A stretch of DNA of 64,000 bases from Nanobdellota archaeon (lineage in GTDB: Archaea; Nanobdellota; Nanobdellia; Pacearchaeales; GW2011-AR1). Positions 19,219 to 27,610 of this stretch are shown piece by piece. The stretch spans positions 27,988 to 91,987 of the forward strand of contig JAKADZ010000003.1 in the NCBI GenBank assembly GCA_021818475.1, in the 5' to 3' direction. A model generated the notes under the pieces. The model saw only the letters and a list, made by a program, of their open reading frames with translations, made no database searches and was not told the origin of the DNA. The position numbers and the translations under genes are program-made. The number at the start of each line of letters is the position of its first letter. Positions within the stretch are counted from its first letter, which is position 1.

Positions 19219-19857
19219 ATGACATTGCAAAAAAAGGATTTCATTGAAATTGAATTTACCGGAAAAATCAAAGGAGGAGAAGTTTTTGATTCTAATATAA
19301 AAAAGGATCTCGAACACCTAAACCCCGAAGCAAAACCTAAGCCGCTTGTATTCTCCCTCGGTGAAGGTATGTTCCTGAAAGGAATAGATGATTTTCTTAT
19401 AGGAAAAGAAGTTGGGAAATACACAATAGAATTATCTCCCGACAAGGCATTTGGACCGAGGATTCCTGACTTTGTCCAAAAAGTTCCGATAAAAATATTC
19501 CACTCCCAAAACCTAAATCCGGTTCCTGGTGCATTATTTAATTTTGACGGGAGGATTGCAAAAGTCCTTTCTGTTTCAGGAGGAAGAGTTATGGTGGATT
19601 TCAACAACCCCCTTGCAGGAAAAGACGTTATCTATGAAATTAATATTTTAAGAAAAATTGACGACATGAATGAAAAAGTGAAATCTTTAATTGACTTTTT
19701 ATTCAGAAGGGAAATGAATTTTAAAATAGAAAATGAAAAGGTGATAATTGAAGTTGAGAAAAATTTAGTTCAGTTCGTAGAGATGTTCAAGGAAAAATTC
19801 AAAGACATAATTGGATTGGATTTGGAAGTAAAGGCAGTAGACCAAAAATCACAATAA
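19219..19857 (+). CDS. FKBP-type peptidyl-prolyl cis-trans isomerase (SlyD-like, with insert/IF domain)
   Basis: IEFTGKIKGGEVFDSN..., LVFSLGEGMFLKGIDDFLIGKEVGK, and the long flap typical of archaeal FKBP. Confidence 0.7.
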   Translation: MTLQKKDFIEIEFTGKIKGGEVFDSNIKKDLEHLNPEAKPKPLVFSLGEGMFLKGIDDFLIGKEVGKYTIELSPDKAFGPRIPDFVQKVPIKIFHSQNLNPVPGALFNFDGRIAKVLSVSGGRVMVDFNNPLAGKDVIYEINILRKIDDMNEKVKSLIDFLFRREMNFKIENEKVIIEVEKNLVQFVEMFKEKFKDIIGLDLEVKAVDQKSQ

Positions 19858-19888
19858 TTCTTAAAAAGTTTTATTCTATGAATTCAAA

Positions 19889-20512
19889 ATGACATTTTTG
19901 ATAAAAGATGCTGAATATGAAAATTTTGTCTCTGCATACGTAGAGGCGAGAGATTTGGATGAAGGAAGAAGTGCTCTTGAATCAGAAGGTTATCAGATTA
20001 TTCCGCTTGAACAAAATGCTAAGTTAAGAGTGAATAACGGAGGCAATTCCAGTATTTCAAGAATTGGGAATTGGGTTTCAGAAGGAGTAATTTATGTTAA
20101 AGGAAAAGGGAAGTTTTTGACGAAAAAATCTCCTATCCTGGCAAGGTCTCCAGACCAAGAGGGGAAAAATGGAAATAGTTTATATATAAATGAAGAGCAG
20201 ATTGAGTTTTCCCTTAAAGATTCTTTTCAGATTTCAGATAAACTTGGAAATCCTTTTTCTATTCCAACAAAAAGATTTGGGGAAGAAGAAATTGCAGTTT
20301 TTCTTTTTGGAGATTTTGCTAAAGATTACGGATTCTTTTTGAAAGATGCTAAAATAAAAAATGTTCCTTTTTGGTTTGCAGATTTCAGAGACAAGCCATT
20401 TGCAAGATTATTGTGGTTTGACTGCATGGATGAACAATCACGAATCGTCGGAGACGGAGGTTCTGTTGGCGGATTTGTCCGGGGAATAAAAACTCTTGAC
20501 TCAGTCAGTTAA
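19889..20512 (+). CDS. hypothetical protein (207 aa)
   Basis: ORF only. Confidence 0.4.
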   Translation: MTFLIKDAEYENFVSAYVEARDLDEGRSALESEGYQIIPLEQNAKLRVNNGGNSSISRIGNWVSEGVIYVKGKGKFLTKKSPILARSPDQEGKNGNSLYINEEQIEFSLKDSFQISDKLGNPFSIPTKRFGEEEIAVFLFGDFAKDYGFFLKDAKIKNVPFWFADFRDKPFARLLWFDCMDEQSRIVGDGGSVGGFVRGIKTLDSVS

Positions 20513-20560
20513 GCTTAATCTTTAGAACGATAATTATTCAATTCGGTGAGCAAGTGAAGT

Positions 20561-20576
20561 TTTGAACTTGTTCAAA
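20561..20576. promoter_or_regulatory. perfect palindrome TTTGAAC-TT-GTTCAAA abutting the ftsZ BRE/TATA (candidate operator)
   Basis: Inverted repeat seen directly. A related ATTTGAAC-N-GTTCAAAT palindrome occurs at 26204-26222, and a partial GAATTTGAACAATTC hairpin at 56984-56998. Confidence 0.4.
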
Positions 20577-20619
20577 TCTTTACAACAATTCTTATAAATG
20601 GATTTTAATTCTATTGAAT
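20575..20619 (+). promoter_or_regulatory. ftsZ promoter (BRE/TATA TTATAAAT at 20592-20599) and short leader
   Basis: See the 15466 feature; the TATA lies 21 nt upstream of ATG 20620. Confidence 0.55.
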
Positions 20620-21720
20620 ATGGCCGAGATTTTCAAAAAGGGTGCATCAATGTCAAATGTTTCTGATGAAGTAAAAGAAATAGATCGGGAACTCGAAGAG
20701 CTGATAAAAAAACAATCCGCAAAAATAAAAGTAATCGGCGTCGGAGGAGCGGGAAATAATTCTTTAAGCAGAATGAGAGAAATTGGAATTCGCGGAGGAG
20801 AGCTTATCGCTGTTAATACTGATGCCCAGGATTTGCTTTATGCAAATGCAGACCAGAAAATATTAATCGGGAGAGATTTAACTCAGGGACTTGGTGCAGG
20901 AAGCAATCCAAAAATAGGAGAGCAGGCTGCAAAAGAATCAGAATCCGATATAAAGAAAAAAATTGCAAATTCAGATATGATTTTTATAACCTGCGGAATG
21001 GGCGGAGGAACAGGAACAGGTGCTGCGCCTTATATTGCTGACCTTGCAAAAAAACAGGGTGCTTTGACAATTGGAATAATTACACTTCCATTCACTATTG
21101 AAGGAAAAAAGAGAATTGAAAATGCGATGGAAGGATTGGAAAAAATGCAGGAAGTAGTTGACACCTTGATAGTAATTCCAAACGACAAACTTCTTGAACT
21201 TGCTCCGGAACTTCCTCTTCACACTGCATTCAAAATTGCTGATGAGATATTAACCAATGCGGTAAAAGGGATTACAGAGCTTGTAACTACAACGGGATTA
21301 GTCAATCTTGATTTTGCAGACATAAGGGCAGTTATGGTAGACGGCGGGGTTTCATTAATCGGATTAGGGGAAGCAGATTCAGGACAGAGAGCAACAGAAG
21401 CAGTGGAAAAAGCAATCCAAAATCCTCTTCTTGATGTTGATATTTCTGGGGCAACAGGAGCATTAGTGAATATCATAGGTGGTCCTAATATGAGCCTGGA
21501 AGAATGCAAAACAATAATTGAAACTGTAGGAAATAAATTAAGCCGGGAAGCAAAATTGATATGGGGTGCTCAGCTTGCCGACGATATGGACAAATCAATA
21601 CGGGTTCTTCTCGTAGTTACAGGAGTTAAAAGTTCACAGATTTTGGGAAATGAAGATTCCATTATTGAATCAAAACATAAAGAGATAGAAGAAGAGCTGG
21701 GGATTGAATTTTTTGAATGA
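20620..21720 (+). CDS. ftsZ: cell division GTPase FtsZ
   Basis: GVGGAGNN and the tubulin signature GGGTGTG. The ORF-track start at 20614 is a TTG; ATG at 20620 is preferred. Confidence 0.9.
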   Translation: MAEIFKKGASMSNVSDEVKEIDRELEELIKKQSAKIKVIGVGGAGNNSLSRMREIGIRGGELIAVNTDAQDLLYANADQKILIGRDLTQGLGAGSNPKIGEQAAKESESDIKKKIANSDMIFITCGMGGGTGTGAAPYIADLAKKQGALTIGIITLPFTIEGKKRIENAMEGLEKMQEVVDTLIVIPNDKLLELAPELPLHTAFKIADEILTNAVKGITELVTTTGLVNLDFADIRAVMVDGGVSLIGLGEADSGQRATEAVEKAIQNPLLDVDISGATGALVNIIGGPNMSLEECKTIIETVGNKLSREAKLIWGAQLADDMDKSIRVLLVVTGVKSSQILGNEDSIIESKHKEIEEELGIEFFE

Positions 21721-21769
21721 TGTATTTCATCTACACAAACTTTAAAAGTTATTCTTATAATATTCTATT

Positions 21770-22024
21770 ATGAATAAAGAAGAAGTTTACGAAACGTTAA
21801 GAAATCTAGGAACATCAATTGCCAGAATAACCTGGGACAGAGGAAACGGAAAACTCGATGAACTGGTTTATTTTGACGGGGAATTTGACAGCGAGCAAAA
21901 TCCAAAGATGTATTTTGCAAATGGAAGGGCACAGTTGGACATAAAGAAAATGGGCGGTTATTCTTCAATAATTTCAATTGAGGAAGAATGCCCTGACGGA
22001 TATTGCATTAAAAGAACTGCTTAG
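21770..22024 (+). CDS. hypothetical small protein (84 aa)
   Basis: ORF only. Confidence 0.35.
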   Translation: MNKEEVYETLRNLGTSIARITWDRGNGKLDELVYFDGEFDSEQNPKMYFANGRAQLDIKKMGGYSSIISIEEECPDGYCIKRTA

Positions 22025-22072
22025 TTCAGTGCTAAATCTTAAAAACCCAGATTTTCTAATTAGAATATGAAA

Positions 22073-22134
22073 ATCAGCCTTGAGCAGTATTTCAGTGGGA
22101 AATTCGAGCGGAAGAAACCGGAGGTGTCGTCGCA
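22073..22134 (+). repeat. repeat family 2, copy a (5' UTR of secE; supplies its GGAGGTG Shine-Dalgarno)
   Basis: ATCAGCCTTGAGCAGTATTTCAGTGGGAAATTCGAGCGGAAGAAACCGGAGGTGTCGTCGCA is ~85% identical to 58656-58719 and related to 27626-27690. Confidence 0.6.
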
Positions 22135-22314
22135 ATGAAATTAATTACTAATTTAAAATCATTTTACGAGAAATGTAAAAGAGTGTGGATGGTTTTGAAA
22201 AAACCAAGCAAAGATGACTTTCTCAAAATCGCAAAAGTATCTGCAGTTGGAATTCTTGTAATTGGAGTATTAGGTTTTCTGATTTCTATTATTATGAAGT
22301 TTTTCACCCAGTAA
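22135..22314 (+). CDS. secE: protein translocase subunit SecE (Sec61 gamma)
   Basis: Manual translation MKLITNLKSFYEKCKRVWMVLKKPSKDDFLKIAKVSAVGILVIGVLGFLISIIMKFFTQ: 59 aa with a single C-terminal TM; lies upstream of the Spt5-L11 neighbourhood. Confidence 0.65.
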   Translation: MKLITNLKSFYEKCKRVWMVLKKPSKDDFLKIAKVSAVGILVIGVLGFLISIIMKFFTQ

Positions 22315-22315
22315 G

Positions 22316-22780
22316 ATGGAAAAATTAAATAATAAAAATTTTTGGACTCCTTTATTTATCGCTTCAATTATATCTATTTTATTACTCTTTTTTGCTTTAC
22401 CTTATGCTTTACTCATCTCTTTAAAATTGTTGATAGAGAATGTTCAATCCTATGGAGAAACCCTTTTGATAGATATTTTTCTCCTTCCTTTATTTTTAGT
22501 TATTGCTATACCCCCAATTTTTTTTATAATAAAGCGATTATTAAGTGATAATCCAAAAAAAGTTTTTTATTTTGAACTTCCAATTTTAATAATAGTTTAT
22601 TCAATATTATTAAGTCTTAATCAACTTTTTGGATTGATGATGGGGGGACCAAGAGATACAACTTTCCTACTTTTTCTGAGTTTAATTCTTCCGCAGATAA
22701 TAGTCATTTCTCTTTGGCTCGTTCTTCTGACCTTCTCTTTATATTTTTATTATAAGAAAAAGATTATAAACCGCAGATAA
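22316..22780 (+). CDS. integral membrane protein, hypothetical
   Basis: 154 aa with 4 hydrophobic helices; starts 2 nt after the secE stop. Confidence 0.4.
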   Translation: MEKLNNKNFWTPLFIASIISILLLFFALPYALLISLKLLIENVQSYGETLLIDIFLLPLFLVIAIPPIFFIIKRLLSDNPKKVFYFELPILIIVYSILLSLNQLFGLMMGGPRDTTFLLFLSLILPQIIVISLWLVLLTFSLYFYYKKKIINRR

Positions 22781-22791
22781 ATATTACAGGA

Positions 22792-24801
22792 ATGAATCTT
22801 GAAAAATCCTTTTTTAAGAGGATAAAAAATGTTGCAGCCGCAGTTGCAATAAGTTCTATGATTTTTGCATGCACTCCTGCAGTCTCTCCAAAGCCGTCGC
22901 AGGAAAATCAAAATCAGCAGACAACTCAGACACAACCTCAGCCTCAACCAACTAATTCGGTTTATGATTACACCACTTCTTCTGCTATTGCAGTTTCGCA
23001 GTATTTAACTTCTCAAAATGGGGGAATTGTCGAAGTGAATGATTTTAAAAGTTCAATTAATGGTGCACAATTGCAAATCTTGGCTGATTCATTAAAATAT
23101 GATACTACAATTTCTATCGGCAGAGTTGATAACCCTCCTGAACTTCCAAGCGGATTAAACTATGTCGGTCCCCCTATAGATTTAACTCCCGACGGAACTG
23201 CTTTCCGCACATCGTCGATAATAACAATCCCCTATCAAAATGAATTTTTAAGTGATGCAGGAATTTCTGATGATTCAAATTTGAAATTATACTCTTACGA
23301 CAAATTTGCAAAAAAATGGACAGAGGTAACAGGATTTTTAAAAATCCCCTCTGAGAAAAAAATAATGGCTTATGTAAACCATTTTAGTTATTATGCAATT
23401 ACAGTTATGGATGGTGTGCCCCCTTCAGATATGGGGAATCCACAGGCGGGGGATTTATTGTACTGTTTGGGTTCTATTTTTACAAATCATGGTACGGGAT
23501 GGAGGCCTGGGCACGTTGGAATTTATGTAGGGGAAAAAAGTTGGAATGGACAAAGGTATAATGTAATAGAAGCTCTTGGCCATGGTGTTCAGCGTAGTTA
23601 TTATAACCCGATATCAAATTTTAGTAATGGTTCAGTGTATATGGGCGCAAGAGAACCAAAAAATTTCACTTTAACATCTAACCAACGCAGATTAATTGTT
23701 GAATATGCAGAAGAACAGATTGGAAAACCTTATGCATGGGTGCAGACGACTGTAGGAGTTTTATTTGGATTAGCAAAAGGTTCTTTGGTAAAAGGAGGAA
23801 TTGGTTCATACAATTGTGTTGGTTTGGCAGAAGCAGCATATGAATATGCGGGAACAAATAATGGAGACGGGCTTGTTCCATATTTGCAGGAGGAGACTGG
23901 ATTTGGTGATGTGCCTGGAGCTTTAACTCCGGCAGAACAATATAATTATACTAAACCGGCAACGGGAATTTCTCCTGGATCAGGAAATAATTCTTCTTTA
24001 GAAAAAATCCTTTTTCAGTCTAATCGCGATGATGGTTCTGCAATTTACATTATGAACTCTGATGGAACAAATGTTCAGAGACTAACTGATTTATCATATG
24101 CGAGTGAAAGTCCAAAATGGAATAAGACAAGAGATAAAATTGTCTTTGTTTCAAATAAAGGGACCTCTTTTGGCCAGGAATGGAGTTCAAGATACGAAAT
24201 TTATTCCATGAACTCTGATGGAACAAATGTTCAAAGATTAACTAATAATTCTTATGATGATAATGAACCATGTTGGTCACAAGATGGGACTAAAATTGTC
24301 TTTGTTTCAAATAGGGACAAATTAACGACGGGTTATGATTTTCAATTATATATAATGGATGCTAATGGAGCTAATCAAACTAAACTCTCTCCAGATAATT
24401 TTTTTGCCGAAGAACCTTCTTTTTCTCCAGACGGAACAAAAATTATTTACAGCGGATATAATGGAGTTTATACCTTAAATCTTTCAGATAAAAAAAGAAC
24501 AAAATTAAATTCAGATAATATCAACATCCATAATCCTTCTTGGTCATCTTTCTGGGGGAAAATATTGTTTACTTCTGAAGAAGATAATCAGATTTATGTG
24601 ATGGATTCTAATGGATTAAATAAACGTAAAATAATCTCTAGCCCCGGGCTTAACTTCTGGCCTTCTTGGTCAAAAGACGAATCCAAAATTTTATTTTCTT
24701 CCAATCGAGATGGTAATTGGGAAATTTATTCTGTTTATTACGACGGTCATGGATTGACTGATCTTACTAATAATCCTTCTGCAGATATCTCCCCAAATTG
24801 A
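22792..24801 (+). CDS. lipoprotein with a permuted NlpC/P60-like cysteine peptidase domain and a C-terminal TolB-like (PD40) beta-propeller
   Basis: Lipobox-like MIFAC; His-containing PGHVGIYVG precedes the Cys-containing SYNCVGLAEAAY (permuted order); at least six SNRDGxxEIY / MNSDGTNVQRLT PD40-type repeats. Confidence 0.55.
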   Translation: MNLEKSFFKRIKNVAAAVAISSMIFACTPAVSPKPSQENQNQQTTQTQPQPQPTNSVYDYTTSSAIAVSQYLTSQNGGIVEVNDFKSSINGAQLQILADSLKYDTTISIGRVDNPPELPSGLNYVGPPIDLTPDGTAFRTSSIITIPYQNEFLSDAGISDDSNLKLYSYDKFAKKWTEVTGFLKIPSEKKIMAYVNHFSYYAITVMDGVPPSDMGNPQAGDLLYCLGSIFTNHGTGWRPGHVGIYVGEKSWNGQRYNVIEALGHGVQRSYYNPISNFSNGSVYMGAREPKNFTLTSNQRRLIVEYAEEQIGKPYAWVQTTVGVLFGLAKGSLVKGGIGSYNCVGLAEAAYEYAGTNNGDGLVPYLQEETGFGDVPGALTPAEQYNYTKPATGISPGSGNNSSLEKILFQSNRDDGSAIYIMNSDGTNVQRLTDLSYASESPKWNKTRDKIVFVSNKGTSFGQEWSSRYEIYSMNSDGTNVQRLTNNSYDDNEPCWSQDGTKIVFVSNRDKLTTGYDFQLYIMDANGANQTKLSPDNFFAEEPSFSPDGTKIIYSGYNGVYTLNLSDKKRTKLNSDNINIHNPSWSSFWGKILFTSEEDNQIYVMDSNGLNKRKIISSPGLNFWPSWSKDESKILFSSNRDGNWEIYSVYYDGHGLTDLTNNPSADISPN

Positions 24802-24873
24802 TACTACTAAAAATTTATAAACCCCAATTTTCACTTAATTATATCTTTCTAAGATATTAAGTCTTAGACGGAG

Positions 24874-24930
24874 CCGAGCGATTTTGCGAGTGCTGGTAAA
24901 AATAAAAATGCAACGAGCAGGGTCGGGAGC
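24874..24930 (+). repeat. GC-rich repeat family 1, copy B (upstream of spt5)
   Basis: CCGAGCGATTTTGCGAGTGCTGG...AAATGCAACGAGCAGGGTCGGGAGC; shares the CCGAGCGATTTYRCG core and the GGGTCG.GAG tail with copies at 6281, 26221, 37588, 44405 and 56872 (reverse orientation). Confidence 0.55.
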
Positions 24931-24941
24931 TAAACAAGAAA

Positions 24942-25394
24942 ATGATTTTCATAGTAAAAGTAACAACAAATAAAGAAGAAAGAGTTTTGGACATGATAGC
25001 TGAAAGAGCACAGAAAAAAAATTTAAACATCTTTTCAGTTTTTCGTCCTCATGGACTTAGAGGTTATGTTCTTTTGGAAGCAGAAGACAGAGAATCTGCT
25101 GAAGAAGCGGCATTTGACTTGCCTTATGTTAAAGGAATAATCGGGAAAACAATTAATTACGACGAGATAAAAAATATGGTTGAACCTTCTGCAGCAACAA
25201 TATCAATCAAGGAAGGGGACATTGTCGAAATGATCGCTGAACCTTTCAAAAAAGAAAAAGCGAAAGTTATAAGAATAGATAAACAAAAAGATGAAGTAGT
25301 GGTAAGCTTGCTTGGAGCAGTTGTTCCATTGCCGGTTACTGTTAGATTAGATAACGTTAAAGTCATAAGGAGAGAAGAAGAAAATGCAGATTAA
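24942..25394 (+). CDS. spt5: transcription elongation factor Spt5 (NusG homolog; NGN + KOW)
   Basis: 150 aa; KOW-like GDIVEMIAEPFKKEKAKVIRID; its stop overlaps the L11 start, as in archaeal spt5-rpl11 operons. Confidence 0.85.
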   Translation: MIFIVKVTTNKEERVLDMIAERAQKKNLNIFSVFRPHGLRGYVLLEAEDRESAEEAAFDLPYVKGIIGKTINYDEIKNMVEPSAATISIKEGDIVEMIAEPFKKEKAKVIRIDKQKDEVVVSLLGAVVPLPVTVRLDNVKVIRREEENAD

Positions 25395-26067
25395 ACTTTT
25401 AGTTGATGGTGGCGCAATGAAGCCGGGTCCAGCTCTTAGTCAGAAGCTCGGCCCAGTTGGAATTCCAATCAATCAGGTTATTCAAAAAGTAAATGACGCT
25501 ACAAAATCTTTCGCTGGAATTCAGGTTCCTGTTGAATTGAACGTCGATGCATCTACAAGAGAATTTGAAGTAAAAGTTTTCTCGCCTCCGGTTTCAGGAT
25601 TATTAAAAAAAGAATTAGGGGTTGAAAAAGGATCAGGAGCTCAGAAAAAAGTTAAAATTGGAAATATTTCTATTGAACAGATAATTGCTTTAGCACAGAC
25701 TAAGTCTCCAAATTTGCTCTGCAAGGATTTGAAATCATCAGTAAAGACTGTTGTTGGAACTTGTGCAAGTCTCGGAATATTGGTTGAAGACAAGCCCGCA
25801 ACAGAAGTAGAACAGGAAATTATCGAAGGAAAATATGATAAGGAAATAAATTCATGCAAGACCGATGTTTCACCGGAAAAGAAGAAAAGGCTTGCAGAAT
25901 TTTTTGCAAAAGTTAAGAAAGATCAGGAAAAGACTATGCAACAGGAACAGGCAGCTAAAGCTGCTGAAGAAACCAAGGCGGCAGAAACTCCTGCTGCTGC
26001 AGCTGCTGCTCCAGAAAAAAAACCCGCAGAAAAAACCCCTGCAAAAACTCCCGCGAAGAAAAAATAA
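25384..26067 (+). CDS. rpl11: 50S ribosomal protein L11 with a ~65-aa Ala/Lys/Pro-rich C-terminal extension
   Basis: MKPGPALSQKLGPVGIPINQ...; tail ...AAKAAEETKAAETPAAAAAAPEKKPAEKTPAKTPAKKK. Confidence 0.85.
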   Translation: MQIKLLVDGGAMKPGPALSQKLGPVGIPINQVIQKVNDATKSFAGIQVPVELNVDASTREFEVKVFSPPVSGLLKKELGVEKGSGAQKKVKIGNISIEQIIALAQTKSPNLLCKDLKSSVKTVVGTCASLGILVEDKPATEVEQEIIEGKYDKEINSCKTDVSPEKKKRLAEFFAKVKKDQEKTMQQEQAAKAAEETKAAETPAAAAAAPEKKPAEKTPAKTPAKKK

Positions 26068-26103
26068 AACAATTTATAAATTAATATTCGTTAAATTTTT
26101 TAT

Positions 26104-26176
26104 GGGGCTGTGGGGTAGCCTGGTAGCCTTAGAGGTTTGGGACCTCTCGACCCCGGTTCAAATCCGGGCAGCCCCA
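26104..26176 (+). tRNA. tRNA-Pro (anticodon UGG)
   Basis: Manual fold: acceptor GGGGCTG/CAGCCCC; anticodon stem AGAGG/CCTCT with loop TTTGGGA; T-arm CCCGG-TTCAAAT-CCGGG; discriminator A; 73 nt, no intron. Confidence 0.8.
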
Positions 26177-26220
26177 TTGTTTCGAAAAAATAAAACCCAT
26201 AACGGATTTGAACTTCAAAT

Positions 26221-26290
26221 CCCGAGAGTTTGCACGAGTGCGTGCAAAGATAAAAATGCAATGAGTGCGGGCTCGAGTTCGGCAGCCCCA
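26221..26290 (+). repeat. GC-rich repeat family 1, copy C, ending in a 12-nt copy of the tRNA-Pro 3' end
   Basis: CCCGAGAGTTTGCACGAGTGCGTGCAAAGATAAAAATGCAATGAGTGCGGGCTCGAGTTCGGCAGCCCCA; GGCAGCCCCATT at 26281-26292 repeats tRNA positions 26167-26178. Confidence 0.6.
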
Positions 26291-26313
26291 TTTAATAAAA
26301 TACAGAAAAGAAA

Positions 26314-26535
26314 ATGCCATCAAAATCAAAAAAAACAAAATCAGCAGGAAGATTCGGAGCAAGATACGGACGTTCAGTCAGAATTAAACTTGTTAATGTT
26401 GAACAGAAGCAGAGGCAAAAACAGGAATGTCCTTACTGTCATAAACTCGGAGTCAAAAGAGTTTCAAAAGGAATTTGGGAATGTTCAAAATGCGGAAAAA
26501 AATTCGCATCAGACATATACTATTTAAACAAATAA
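26314..26535 (+). CDS. rpl37ae: 50S ribosomal protein L37Ae
   Basis: GRFGARYG and C4 zinc ribbon CPYC...CSKC. Confidence 0.85.
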   Translation: MPSKSKKTKSAGRFGARYGRSVRIKLVNVEQKQRQKQECPYCHKLGVKRVSKGIWECSKCGKKFASDIYYLNK

Positions 26536-26549
26536 AACTATACTATAAA

Positions 26550-26687
26550 ATGGTTGCATACAAATGTTTCAAATGTGAGAAAAAAGTTGTCAGTACTAAT
26601 TTGGAAAAGAGATTTGTCTGTCCATACTGTGGCAGCAAAATCTTTTACAAGCCAAGAACTCACGTTAAAAAAATAAAAGCAGAATAA
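26550..26687 (+). CDS. rpoP: DNA-directed RNA polymerase subunit P (RpoP/Rpb12-like)
   Basis: MVAYKCFKCEKKV...VCPYCGSKIFYKPR: 45 aa, CxxC...CxxC, directly after L37Ae as is usual in archaea. The ORF-track start at 26475 is probably too far upstream. Confidence 0.65.
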   Translation: MVAYKCFKCEKKVVSTNLEKRFVCPYCGSKIFYKPRTHVKKIKAE

Positions 26688-26700
26688 TTCTCAGAATAAA

Positions 26701-27006
26701 ATGGACCAGGAAAAAATTCAGGAAATGCAGATTACAGAACAGAAGTTGCAGAATACAATCCTCCAGAAGCAGGCTTTTCAGATGGAGTTGGCAGAAACAA
26801 ATGCTGCCCTGGAAGAACTGGAAAAATCAGGTGATGAAGTTTTCAAAATTATCGGACAACTCATGATTAAATCTGAAAAATCAAAAATAAAAGAAGATTT
26901 GCTGGATAAACAAAGAATTCTTGACCTGAGGGTAAAATCTCTGGAGAAACAGGAAAATTCTTTGACGGAACAGCTTGAAAAAATTCAGAATGAAATTTCA
27001 TCATAA
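26701..27006 (+). CDS. pfdB: prefoldin beta subunit
   Basis: 101 aa coiled-coil, QKLQNTILQKQAFQMELAETNAALEELEK. Confidence 0.75.
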   Translation: MDQEKIQEMQITEQKLQNTILQKQAFQMELAETNAALEELEKSGDEVFKIIGQLMIKSEKSKIKEDLLDKQRILDLRVKSLEKQENSLTEQLEKIQNEISS

Positions 27007-27079
27007 GTAAAAATAAATTTTTTTCTAAAAAATTTTTAATTTATAAAACCTCGTCGGTAAAAAAAGAAGAAATTGTTTT

Positions 27080-27535
27080 TTGATATATAAAATAAAATAT
27101 CAAAATGTTTATAAACGCAATATTTCTAAATTCAATATGGTGTTTGATAAAATAAAAAAAGCTTTTACAGGTGCTAAAGGTGAAGGTTCTGCTGAAGATT
27201 ACCTTGAGATTGACTTGGAAAAAGAGCAGCAGGAAAGCAAAGTTTTGGTTAAGCTTTTCGTTCTTAAAAAATATGATGATGTTAATGGAATACTTAATGT
27301 TCTTAGAGAAGGTTATACAATTGCAATAATTGATATCAAACCTTTGAAGCAGAAAGACCCTATAGAGTTGAAAAGAGCTGTTTCAAAAGTTAAAAAAACA
27401 GCAGAGGCTCTTGAAGGAAATATTGCCGGATTTGGAGATAACTTATTAATTGTTACTCCTGCATTCGCTCAGATTCAGAGAGACGTTTCAAATATGGTTC
27501 CGGACCAGCCAGCAAAAGGCAATAAATTCGAATAA
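27080..27535 (+). CDS. sepF: SepF-like cell-division protein (DUF552); start more likely the ATG at 27137
   Basis: C-terminal domain YDDVNGILNVLREGYTIAIIDIKPL...ELKRAVSKVKKTAEALEGNIAGFGDNLLIVTP matches the SepF fold signature. Confidence 0.6.
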   Translation: MIYKIKYQNVYKRNISKFNMVFDKIKKAFTGAKGEGSAEDYLEIDLEKEQQESKVLVKLFVLKKYDDVNGILNVLREGYTIAIIDIKPLKQKDPIELKRAVSKVKKTAEALEGNIAGFGDNLLIVTPAFAQIQRDVSNMVPDQPAKGNKFE

Positions 27536-27610
27536 TTCTGTTAATCTTTTACTTCCTCAATCTAAACTTCTATTCGAAAAGTTATATAAATTAGGAATCG
27601 CTTTTGTATT

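Noticed and set aside
26100-26362. Minus-strand ORFs 26100-26291 and 26129-26362
   Set aside because: They overlap tRNA-Pro and family-1 element C; no coding signal.
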